Shown here piece by piece: positions 34,744 through 46,642 of a stretch of 64,000 bases of DNA; position 1 is the first letter of the stretch, and every line of letters starts with the position of its first letter. Source of the DNA: Pseudovirgaria hyperparasitica (lineage: Eukaryota); assembly GCA_010093815.1 (NCBI GenBank), contig ML996572.1. One strand, 5' to 3'. A model generated the notes under the pieces. That model searched no databases, was not told the DNA's origin, and saw nothing but the letters and a program-made list of their open reading frames with translations. The translations under genes were made by a program, and so were the position numbers.

Positions 34744-36868
34744 CTACAAGAAGACCTCGAGATTGATTTCCAGCGCGCTCACCGGGTATCTAGATTCTGG
34801 TCAGATTTGGAGACTTTCATGTGGATGATTCAAGAAAGGAACTTACGGCAATTCATAGTGCTTCAGCACACTGGGATGCAATATCCCGAAGCTACCAATG
34901 ACATGCTCCTTCCCACCCAGTCTCAAATGGATCTCAGCGCCATGACCGTGGAAGAAGGTCTTGTCCTCGACCTCTTCGATCCAGAATCCCTCCAGCGCGT
35001 CGGCCTTTTGTCCGCCGGTTTGCTGCTGCGCGTGACTTAATTCGGCTTCTCGGGTGATGAAGGTGCTCTTCAGCATCAACATGATGCGATCAAGCAGCCC
35101 GTGCACTACTTCGAATCCGGATGTCTTGCCATACCATGCAGCAGCAAAGTGGCGCTCATTACGTGATTTCCGCTCAAGAGACAGATCCTTGAAGGCTACA
35201 TCGGCGACCTCGAAGATCTTCATTGGTACACTGTGATGCTTGTTCTCACGGATGGTCTTGAGCAGTCCTGGGAAGAGAGACGTGCGGACGACTTGATACT
35301 CCGCAGTCTTGGGGTTCTGGAGACGTACGGCGGTGTTACCATCGTCTATCCGGTTGAGCCAAGCAAAATTCTCGTCGTGTGAGCATAGAATTAGAGGCAT
35401 CACTTCTGACCAGCCAGCCATAGCAGCCTCCATGCGGACAATGTCTCCAAGCTTGTTGATCGCCAACGGGGCAGCCACAGCGGCGGTCTTGTTTGGGTAG
35501 AATCGCGGCAGCTTATTGAAACCGTAAGCGATACCGAGATCTTCCATGATATCAGCCTGATGCAGGACATCGGCTCGCGTGACTGGCACATTGACATCTA
35601 ATGTGTCGTTTGGTGATGTAGTCGAAGGTTTAGCCGAGTGTCCCATGCGTGCGAGCAGGCGGCATTGTTCGGCTGGTGAGAGGTCTAGGCCACAGACATC
35701 GTTGAGATAGGACACTTCGGCAGGCATGGAGCGGGGTGTGAGGTCTGGGACCTCTCGTGACTTCTTGTTGTGTTCCGAAACGATCTTGATAGGCTCGATG
35801 GCGTCACAATAGGGGCCAAACATGGCAACTAAGATATTGTTGATAATCTCCACTTTCGTTTCGTCAATAGCAGTGATCTCTACCAGAACATTTTTCGTAT
35901 CCAGAGTGATTTTAGAGTGGTTGCCGTTGATGATTGGGGGTAGCGAGAGCACTGTTCTGTTTGCATCATATATGACTGGGTAAAGCGGTTTATCCTTGAT
36001 GATGTGCAGGTACCGCCCAAGGTGCTTGTCTTTCTCGTAGAACTCCATGAGCTCTCTTGCGTTCATTTTCTTTTCTTGATTCAGGGGAATGAACTCGATC
36101 TCCCCAGGGGCGAGAGCTTCGTAAGAGAAAGGGCCTTTAATGGTGTCTAGGTCGTGAGTCCCTATCGATACCAAGGTCCTCTGCCGCGCGAGATTTTGGT
36201 GCAGTTTGTCCTGTAGTGATATGAAGGATTCATATCTCGCTTTCGTGAACTTGATGTTCCGTAGCACAGCGCCAGAGAGAAGGGGCCGTACTGTCTCCGT
36301 CTTGTCATTGTAAGTATGCTTCATCCCTTATCGAATATAGAGTCCTCGCTAACCTCTTTAGCCACGTTTATAACTTGAAGCTCGCCGGAAGTCGGGGCCG
36401 TCAGCGTGTAGTTCGGTGGACTTTGCTGCTCAAGGAAGACCTTGAGGTTCATTGCGATACCCTCAAAGCAGAGCATGTCATACCTAAAAGCTATTAGTCT
36501 GGGCCTGCAGTTCTTCCAACGGTAGCCTCACCGATTAGCAGGTATTTCGATCTTGAGCTGTGGTGGCTGCTCGACTCCATTCACAACGGCAAGTCCTGTT
36601 TCTGATGTCTAGGTAGTTTAGCTCTTGCCTAGCGATATGAGCCCATGACACTGACATCCTCGTCCAATTCAATTCCTGAGGTCCTCTTAGCATTGGAACT
36701 TTTTACGCACAAAGGGACCGATTACCGAACTCGAAACAAAGTTCATCGAACTCTTTTGTGGTATACCTGCATCTAAATCAATCCGTGCTCTTCCAAAGGA
36801 TTAGAAGATCCGTACTCTTTCCCGAGGGACTCATAGAGCTCTGCCTTATCGACGGTAATGGTAGGCAT
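34744..36868 (-). CDS. FRS1: Cytoplasmic phenylalanyl-tRNA synthetase beta subunit
   Basis: MPTITVDK..EFDELCFEF|GIELDED|..KIEIPANR|YDMLCFEG..SLQDKLHQNLARQRTLVSIGTHDLD..TRADVLHQADIMED..NPKTAEYQVVRTSL..GILHPSVL..|..EINLEVFL*. About 7 exons. Confidence 0.95.
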
Positions 36869-37438
36869 TTTCACACCTCTGCGCCTTAGCTAGGCGCAGT
36901 GCTGATATATGTATAGAAGCTATGGAGATGCTAACAAGGGAGGCGTGATGTTGCTGATGTGGTATAATATGAGGAATTGTAGAGTCTGAGTCAAGCCGCG
37001 CGCTGGATTGCCGATAGGAGCGTCAGGCGCAATTGTGTTGAAGGTGCTCCAGTCAGTAGAGTCATCGCTAGAAATGTGGAAAGTTACGTTTCTTGCAGGG
37101 AGGAGGAGTAGCCCCACCAAAGCCACAAGGCCCTAGCCACTTTCCCATCATCGCAACCCTCCTAAGCTGCAAAGCACACACAACAGTCTTGTTCAATACC
37201 AACGATCAACCTACGCACCCACCCAGCAGATCCATTCAAGCCAGCACGCTCTCCCCTCCAGTATATTTCCACTACAGTACAGCTGTGGCACACCTTAGCC
37301 TCGCCAGCTGTCTGCACTACCGCTGTTTGCACGAGTGTTCACCGTCTGCCACGAAAGAATCTCCAGCGCAACAGCAATCCCACAACAGGACAGCTGAAAT
37401 TTTACCAAATCTAAGAAGCCCTATCTATCAAAGCCAAC

Positions 37439-39691
37439 ATGGAAGGCGGAGGACAGAGCGAAGAGCTATATCCCATTGCCGTCCTCATTGACGAGCTCAA
37501 AGTAAACCAAACCCAGGTATTCCACATGCCTCAAGGACTGACGTAGTGCAGCACGACGATGTTCTCCTTCGCCTGAACGCAATCCACAGACTTTCAACCA
37601 TTTCGTTGGCGCTTGGAGCTGAGCGGACCAGAGATGAGCTCATACCCTTCCTCGACGGTAAGGACCCCGCTGTGCTACTGCGTAACCTTGAGGCTGACAA
37701 AATGCAGAGTCGGTGGAAGACGAGGATGAAGTTCTGACTGCATTAAGTGAGGAACTCGGAAATTTCGTCGAATACGTAGGAGGACCTGAATATGGACATG
37801 TTCTCCTATCGCCTCTGGAGAACCTGGCTGCGATCGAAGAACCCCTTGTTCGCGAGAAGGTACGGCGTGTCTTGCTATATCGAAATCACCAATCCCCTTT
37901 GCTAATATATACAAACAGGCTGTCGAGTCTTTAAATAAAATCTGCGAGCAGCTATCTCCAGAGCAGATCGAATCACACTTCATCCCTCTAGTTGTCAGTC
38001 TGTCCAAAGCCGATTGGTTTACCTCAAAAATATCAGCTACCGGGCTGTATAACGTTCCATATGCCAGAGCTGGACCACCGTCACAAGAAAAACTTCGTCA
38101 GCAATTCGGTCAGCTTGTTCACGACGATACACCCATGGTCAGACGACAGTCGGCCAACAATCTTGCCAAATTCGTCAAGGAGATGCCAGCTACCATTGTC
38201 ATAGAGGAAATGATTCCACTCTTCCAGCATTTAGCAAGTGATGATCAAGATAGTGTTCGGCTGTTGACAGTCGATATCCTCATAGCCATCGCTGAAGTCG
38301 TCCCCAAGGAGCAGCAATCGAGTCATGGTGTTCTTCTGACCGCACTGAGAAGCCTGTTCGAAGACAAGAGCTGGCGAGTCCGGTACATGGTTGCAGATCG
38401 ATTTGAGAAGGTGACAGAATGATGAGACTCATCGCGAAATCATGTCTAACAGCTTATAGATCGCCAAAGCAGTTGACGAGGAGGTCGTAAGCCGAGATCT
38501 CGTTCCTGCCTTTGTGAAACTTCTCAAGGACACCGAGGCAGAAGTGCGAACAGCCGTCTCAGGACAGATTCCAGGCAAGGCTCAGAGTTCCCCTCTCCTA
38601 AAACCATTGAGACTAACTCTCCCATAGGATTCTGTGCTCTCCTTGATCGGGAGACTCTCCTGCACGAGATCATGCCAAGTATCGAAGAGCTTGTGACAGA
38701 CCAGTCTCAACACGTGCGAGCTGCCCTAGGTACTCAGCTTAGTGGTCTCGCACCAATTCTAGGCAAGGACGAGTACGTTCAGTGTATCCGTGGCCATTGT
38801 GCAACTCTAATTTTGGCGCAGAACCATTATACACCTCCTTCCCATGTTTCTACAAATGCTGAAGGACGAATTCCCTGATGTTCGATTGAACATAATCTCC
38901 AAGCTTGAGCTCGTCAACAATGGTCGGTTTACTATTTAATTAGGTGGTATAAGGCTAATACCCGGTTTAGTTATTGGTATCGACCTCCTGTCACAATCGC
39001 TTCTTCCTGCTATCGTACAGCTTGCCGAGGACAAACAGTGGCGTGTGCGTCTAGCCATCATCGAATACGTCCCTCTCCTTGCAAGCCAGCTGGGTGTAAA
39101 CTTCTTTGACGAGAAGCTCAGTAGCCTATGCATGAGCTGGCTTGGTGACACTGTTTTCTCGATTCGAGAGGCTTCTACGCAAAATCTCAAAAAACTGACG
39201 GAAGTATTTGGTGTCGAATGGGCCAACGACGCGATTGTGCCGAAGGTCATGGCCATGGGCCAGCACCCAAATTATCTTTACCGCATGACGACATGCTTCG
39301 CAGTCTCAGTCAGTATTGCGTAATTTTAGGATCAAGGAATATGCTAACCATGAAATAGACCCTTGCACCAGCACTTACGCTCAGTGTCATAGAAGCTTCA
39401 ATTCTTCCCATGATGGACAAGCTTGTTGCTGACGACATCCCAAACATTCGCTTCAATGTAGCGAAATCATACGCCGTCCTCATTGATGTGCTCAAGAAAG
39501 TCCCAGAAACTGGGACATTGTCGGCTCTCGAGAAAGCTGGAAAGCCCACAAGCGGTTCACAGAAGGGTCAGGACCTCATTACCAAGCAAATACTGCCGAA
39601 CCTCGAGAAGCTACAGCAGGATGATGACACGGACGTCAGGTACTTTGCAACAACTGCCGCGCAGAGTTTTACGGAGGCAATGCAATCATAG
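37439..39691 (+). CDS. TPD3: Protein phosphatase 2A scaffold (A) subunit, HEAT repeats
   Basis: [90 protein letters not shown], with multiple short introns. Confidence 0.95.
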
Positions 39692-40404
39692 AGCATGTTT
39701 TACCGGTCCGAATGGGGGAACAAACGCCAAGTAGAACACGAAGATTCAATATACAATTCATTCGTCAGTATGCAAGGCTAGCACCCACCACCGACTACAA
39801 TGAATGGAACGACCACAGCTACGAACAGCGCTGCAATGAAGCTAATACGAAGGGGTCTTATAGCTGAATAGGTTTACGAAAAGCAGCAGGGTAACGCTCC
39901 TCCCCGGTCCGCATCTCGTTGTATCTGCTCGCGCCTTGGATTGCTGATGCATTGTGTGTGAGGAGTGCGGTAGTGTAGGGACGACTCGATGCGCGAATAG
40001 AGATATATACCTTGGGAAACGGAATCCCTAAACAATTCATACTTCTTCCTGTTTAGAGATCGGCTGCTGATGTGGTGAGTGCCGGGAACGACCATGTTTT
40101 TACGCGTTACCGTTCTAGGTCTCGGTCTCCTTGGCGCGGACCCAGTTCGGGTCTATCTATGACTTATGCCATCATCACTACTATCCCACGTCCAGCCATA
40201 ACCCATGCTCTGTCGTGTCTTGGTGTCTAAAAGTCCGCAAATAACCTCAATTGAGACTTCCTCGGGCATATTCTAACTTCTGCTTTGTATCATAAGTCCT
40301 TGATTGGCTTGGATTTCTTGCATACTCAAGATAACAATCCCTGCTCGACAATCCACACGAGTACTTGGAACTAACAAAACAAACGAAACTAAGATCAGTA
40401 CACG

Positions 40405-42551
40405 ATGCCGTCTCCACGTGTCATATATTGGTTTCGGACTGATCTCCGGCTCCACGACTCGCCTGCTCTCCAGGCAGCATTAGACCTGGAACCAGAATGC
40501 CTATTTCCGGTATGGTGCTGGGATCCGCACTACGTCTACAGGGCCAGAGTGGGTGTGAACCGATGGCAATTCCTGTATGTGGCTCTGTGTCTTTCCCCCC
40601 CTTGTTTGATATATATCCCTTTATATCCATGAACAAAAAACTGGAAAAAAGAAAACTAATTCGAAAATAGGATCGATTGCCAGAACGACGTCTCGAAATC
40701 AATCACGAAGATCAATCCAAACAGCAAGCTCTTCGTCGTCCGCGAGGCACCGCAGACTGTCCTCCCGAAGCTGTGGAAGAAGTGGCGGATTACGCACATT
40801 GTCTTTGAGAAGGACACGGATGCGTATGCGCGGGACCGTGACGAGGCGGTCAGGGAGCTGGCGAGGAAGGCTGGCGTGGAGGTGATTGTGAGGATGGGCA
40901 GGACGCTTTATGACCCGGATGAGTTGGTGCGGGAGAATGGGGGCAAGCCGACGATGAGTATAACGCAAGTGCAGAATGTGAGTTTTGTTTCCCCCTGTTG
41001 GAAGGGAGTGTATCTCCCTACCTAGCTACCTGGGTAGCAGGGAAACTGATCAAACGATTCCATACAAAGGCAGGCAAGAAACTGACGATTCCACGTCCCA
41101 TCCCGGCGCCCACGAGCCTGCCCGACCCGGGCGACACAGATCTATCCGGCATCGAACCAGAACCCCCCGCCGCAAACCCCGACCTCAACGCCGCGCACCG
41201 CAACAACCCAGACACAACATACCACGCCCTCGCCGGACCAGCCGGCACCTTCGCCGTCCCAACCCTCGACGAACTCGGCCTCCCACCCGCCACCACACCG
41301 CACCGCGGCGGCGAACAAACCGCCCTAACCGCCCTCGCCGCCATCCTCACAGACAAAACCTACACCGCCACCTTCGAAAAGCCCAAAACCGCACCCACCG
41401 CCTTCAGCCCACAATCCACCACCCTCCTCAGTCCACACCTCCACTTCGGCTCCCTCTCCGCCCGCGAATTCTACTGGCGCGTCCAAGACATCCTCTCCGC
41501 CTTCAAACACTCCAAACCCTCCCGTCCACCCACCTCCCTCACCGGCCAACTCCTCTTCCGCGACATGTACTTCGGCGCCCAAGCCGCCCTCGGCCACCCC
41601 TTCAGCCAATCAATCTCCAACCCCTCCTGCCGCTTCATCCCCTGGCACCTCCCCTCCACCCTCGACCCCACCACCGCCCGCCCAACAACAGGCCGCTACA
41701 CAATCGACCACCCCGCCGCAGAAACCTGGTTCAAGCGCTGGAAAGCGGGACTGACAGGCTACCCCTTCATCGACGCCCTGATGCGCCAACTCCGCACTGA
41801 AGGCTGGATCCACCACCTCGGCCGGCACGCAGTAGCATGCTTCCTGACGCGCGGCGGGGCATATGTCGCGTGGGAGCGCGGCGCAGAGGTCTTTGAGGAG
41901 TGGCTGCTTGACCATGAGACGGCGTGCAATGCGGGGAATTGGCAGTGGGTCGCGTGCGCTGCGTTTTCGGGCGCGCAGTACTATCGCGTTTATTCCCCTG
42001 TCGCGTTTGGGCGGAAGTGGGATGCTGAAGGTGTGTTTGTGCGGAGGTATGTGCCTGAGTTGGCGCGGTTTGATCGGCGGTTTGTGTATGAGCCTTGGAG
42101 GGCGCCGGTGGCGGATCAGAAGAGGTGGGGGTGTCGGGTGCTTGGGGATGGGCGTGGGGGTGCGGGTGGGAGGGTGAAGGAGGGGGAGGGGGAGTATCTT
42201 GTTTATCCGAAGCCGATGTTTGATTTTGGGGAGCGGAGGGAGGTGTGTGTTCGGGGGTTGAAGAGTGCGTTTGCGGCGGGGTTGTATGGGGCGGATGAGA
42301 GTGTGGTGGATGGGAGTTGGAGGGGGAGGTTTGATGATGCGGGCGAGGGGCCGACGGAGGGGAGTGAGGGGCTGCCTTTGGGTATGGCGGAGGGAGAGGA
42401 AGGAGATGTTGATGTGGATTGGGAGGGGATGTCGCTGGTGGTGCATGATGGCGGAGAGGGGGAGGAGGACGTGGCGCCGAAAGGGGTGAAGCATCAACGA
42501 GAGAAAAGTCAGAGCTCGCTGGACAGCCACGTGAAGAGAAGCAAAAAGTAG
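40405..42551 (+). CDS. (6-4) photolyase / animal-cryptochrome-like flavoprotein
   Basis: IYWFRTDLRLHDSPAL, VGVNRWQFL, STTLLSPHLHFGSLS, GQLLFRD, TGYPFIDALMRQLRTEGWIHHLGRHAVACFLTRG, NAGNWQW and YPKPM. Introns at about 40575-40670 and 40978-41069. Confidence 0.92.
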
Positions 42552-42787
42552 GGCTCCCCCCCCCCCAATGCAATTGTCATATCCGTGACAAAGTTCAATC
42601 ATAGATGCACAAAAGATCATAAGATGTAAGCGGCATCATTGGTCAGGTCACTAGAATATAGAGAACATGGTTTCATTCCGCTATCGGACCCGTCAGGGAT
42701 ATTGCATTACTTGCACTTTTCCAGTCCAGTCCAGTCCGGTCCGAAACTCCAATGATTTTCCGACTCCTTCACCTACGCACACACCTT

Positions 42788-43566
42788 CTAGTACTCGGTT
42801 CCAGCTTGGGGAAACTCAAAGTTGACGCCCTTGCCGGTCAATCGCTTGTAGACCTCAGAGTAGGTGTCTAATCTGTAGTCCACACCGCCACGCTCCTTCT
42901 CGTCGAGGACAATCTTCAGGATCTTGGAGCCGTCCTCACGGGTACGCAGACGCTTGCCAACGATCTCGACCGGGTAGACAAGGTCGTGTAGGATAGCGTC
43001 GTGAACAGCAGTCAGGGTGCGCGAACGCGGGCGCTTCTGCTTCTGGGTGTTGCGGGAGCGGTTGGAGCGCTTAGGACGGGGGAGAATGCGGCGAGAGGCG
43101 ACGATGAGAACGTGGCGGTCGGAGAACTTCTTCTCGAGCTCACGGGTGAGACTAGCAAGGCCTGTCGTCAGTCAAAAGCACTTTAGTTGTTCGGGGTGGC
43201 ATACTTACCGCTGTTGCGACTTGTGCCAGCCGGGAAGGAAAGGGACGGGGACGAAGATGACAATCGCCTTCCTGCCATTACCAACCTCGATCTGTAAGAA
43301 TCCTGGTGTCAGCGAAGCTGCCCAGTGCCCACCGCCTCTTCGTTTCCAACAGTTGTATATTGGGAGAACCAGGTCGGGCCGGTGGTTGTGTCTTATCTTA
43401 CCTCGCGGGCGCTGGTGAACTGGAGAGGCCTCAGAGCGCTGCGCATGTCTGGGATGTTGGTCTCGAGGTCGTAGAGAGCATTGGCAATGCTCTGCTCGAT
43501 CTCGGACGGGGTCTGCCTCGAGGGGCTGTTGGCCGCGATCTTGTTGAGGGATGATGCCGTCGACAT
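42788..43566 (-). CDS. RPS7: 40S ribosomal protein S7 (eS7)
   Basis: [46 protein letters not shown]..|[53 protein letters not shown]. Introns at 43292-43401 and about 43152-43208. Confidence 0.97.
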
Positions 43567-43982
43567 TTTGGCGATTGTCGGTTTTGTCGGATGGGTGGTG
43601 TAGAGCTGCTGTTGTAGACGAAGTCGTGGAGGTTTTCGAAACGTGTGGTGGCAGCGAAAATCGCTAAGCGAAATGCACACGCAGGGTCTAGCCCAATGTA
43701 GACTAGCATGTCTTGGGCCCAGCCAGCTTCAATATCCTTGTAAACGCTCACCAGCCAGCCGCATTGACACATTCACGGGCCAAAATCACGAGTTCTTTTC
43801 GACTAATCTTAGTCCAAACACTATATTAATTCCCTCGCAGGGAGCGCCGAGTACTTCACTACTAGGTATATTATGTACATATATATGAAACTCTGGATGC
43901 GGGAGGGAGCACAACACAGCAGGAAACCCGGCGAGGAATAGAACAATTACAAAAAATATACATATGATATCAAACAACTATA

Positions 43983-46311
43983 TCACGACATGCTCGTATA
44001 CAAGTAGTCCCCATTCCCATTCACATATACATACTCATACACGGGCTCCGAAGTACATGTGGAAGGGCTGCCAACCGGAGACCCGGTCGGAGCCTCGTAC
44101 GACGACCCAGGGGACGAATCGGCAGGGGCGTCTTGCGAAGGCGAACTATAAGGAATGGGTTCTTCGCTCGAGTAACCGGCAGGTTTGTCCGCAGTGATCT
44201 CAGGGTGTGTTTGGATATCGCTATAGGTTGGGAAAGTGTTGGCGGTTGCGACGGAGTCAACCTTCTTCGAGATAACACCGATGGTGAGGCTAGGAATCTC
44301 GTCGGCTGTGAGAACATCGCCGGTGGAGATGAGAACCCTCCAATCAAGGTTCTGCTTCAGATATGCCTTGACAGAGTTCTCCTCTAGGGACTCCAGTAGA
44401 CCTGCGTCATGATGGAGTTGAAGTGCGGGAAGAAGCTGAATTGCCGCGCTTCCGATCGAGGATTGGTTCATCTTCGCAGTTGACGACAGCACACCGTGCA
44501 TGCCAACGTAGTTTGGAGAGGACATGAAAGTACTGGCATCGTTGGAATCGAACAGACCAATATCAGTATGGGAGGTCAGGTTCTTTCCTGATATGGTAGA
44601 GTTGGAGGACTTGCCGCCGTTGAGGAAAAAGTATATGGCATATGATCCGTCAATTGCGAATTTGTCATAGTTCAAAGTTGCAATGTACTCTCGCTGGCCA
44701 ACCGAGGGAGCATAGCCTTCCCATGCCTCGTTGGTGCGCTCAGAGAGCTGGCGGAAAGAACGTTTCCAGTCGAACAGGTTGAATGAATTAGACTTTGGCT
44801 TGGCGGTATCTTTATTCTGAGTAGGTGGCGTCTGAGTTGGACCGTAAAGATTGTTCACAGCAGCCTTTGCGCTGTCCGAGGTAGACCCAGGCCCGGTTTC
44901 AGGATAGTAGTAGCCAAAGGTCGTCGTGTAGCGTGCGGTGTTTGGTGTCCACATGGTCCCATCTGTCTTCTGTGTAAAGGGGACCAGCGCTGTATCCCCA
45001 TTAGTTACCGAGTCTTTCATCAAGACAGCGTTATCGCGAGTAGTTCTGCTTTCAACCACATAACTGTTAGGGTTGATTGTCTGCCAAATTGCTCCCAGTC
45101 GATCCATGTTACTAGTTATTGTCAGTATCTGTCGTGTAACTCTAGATTCTTTTTCAGACCCACCAGTGATGCAGCCAGAAGATGGGGTCAAATGCAGAAT
45201 AGTCCAAAAACCACATGTGGCCGTTGTTGCCATTACTTCCAGACCCAATGATCATATGCGCAGAGTCGTGTACACTTTCCAAGCTGTCGTGGCTCTCTTT
45301 ATTGCCGGTGTTACCGCCAGTAGCCTCAGTGCTGAACAGACGATACTCCTTTTGTGAAGTCATCAGATCATAGATTCTCTTCTTGAGCTTCGGTTGCTCA
45401 GTGTTGAGATCGCTCTTGAGCTTCGAAATATTGCTTTGCGCATCTTTGCCGCCTGTCGTGGGCTCTCGGTATGTGCGTTGCCAATCTTGCCACTAGATGC
45501 TATTTAGTTTTTAAACCTGACAGATGGCGAGCGATTCAGACCTTCTGAGCACCCAGTTCAGAGGTGGAGTTGAAGCGGTAGTAAGCCAACGGGTTGGGAA
45601 CGGATCGTCTGCCAGTCGGAGTGTCCATGGTAACGGTTTCATCGGTGATGATCGAAGGCAGAGTCTCTCCTCCGGAATCTCTGCGCGCAGTGTCCCAGTA
45701 CGGTAGACGGAAGCAATTTCGAGCTCGCTCCCACCTGCTGCGTTGGTCTGCTGGAAATTGCTGAATTACAAACGGAATTCTGTCGTCGATGGCTTTCTAT
45801 AGGACATGATAAGTTTATGTAAAGACGTTTGATCGGACCACTAGTCGCACCTCATACGCGGCCAGATATGGTCTATGCCAAGGCAAGAACATGTTTGAGA
45901 TGTGGAAGCAATAGCCGGCGCCGCTGCCATCGCTTCTCGACTTTCGAGCGACGTCATTCCAGGGAGTGAAGGGGCGCCCGTGGACAGCTATCAAATGGTA
46001 AGAGTGGTCATTCCGAGGAGCTGAGGAGATGGCCACTGACCTGATAATTGATAATAGGAGAACTTATCCTTTTGATCCATGGCCTCGAAGTTCTGCATAG
46101 CTAACAAGAACAGGTTCCATTGGTCGGGGTTGTTCTTTTGAAGGTCACGCACTTCAAGACGTGAGCATGCATTGCCAGATGGACCTGTAATGGCAGTGTA
46201 TGCTCGCTTGACGAGAGGATCAGACGACTCGGCTGGACTGGCAGAGACACCATCGGTAAAAGAAGAAGCAGCCAGGAGCCAAGTGAGGCTCGTGGTGAGA
46301 TCGAAGCGCAT
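43983..46311 (-). CDS. Secreted tyrosinase (type-3 copper protein)
   Basis: Signal peptide MRFDLTTSLTWLLAASSFTDGVSA and a KR site. CuA: SYYQLS|AVHGRP, YCFHISNMFLPWHRPY. RLPYWD. CuB: LESVHDSAH and FDPIFWLHH|CNMDR. A C-terminal domain and S/P-rich tail follow. About four introns. Confidence 0.92.
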
Positions 46312-46597
46312 CTTGCACGGAAACGCTCAAGAAAGAATGTGAGGAAACGATGTAGCTGATCGCAATTGTTCGTCTGCGGGCCCGGTCGAAGCAGATACTG
46401 GGAAATTGGGTATGGGTATTTGTTGCCAAATCAGACCGGAAAATACATGTAGCAGACCTTGACCAATGAGTGGATACGTTGAAATGGCAACAAGGAGCAG
46501 TAATGAACGAGTTGACAGGAGAAAAGTCCCCGAGGCAGATTGATGTACACGGGGGGAAGAAGAAGAAGGAGAAGAAGTGGAAGCAAGAATGGCAACA

Positions 46598-46642
46598 GAG
46601 GAGAGAGAGAGTGCGAGAAAGAGAGAGAGAGAGAGAGAGAGA
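46598..46642. repeat. (GA)n microsatellite
   Basis: Read directly; upstream of the tyrosinase. Confidence 0.85.

Noticed and set aside
30415..41069. AAG 3' splice sites in DBP8, FRS1 and the photolyase
   Set aside because: AAG is a known minor acceptor; three cases are too few to claim enrichment.
41610..42620. Long antisense or alternate-frame ORFs over the photolyase (also over DBP8, the MFS gene and the F-box gene)
   Set aside because: Stop codons are scarce because of the extreme skew and GC content; the products are low-complexity shadows.
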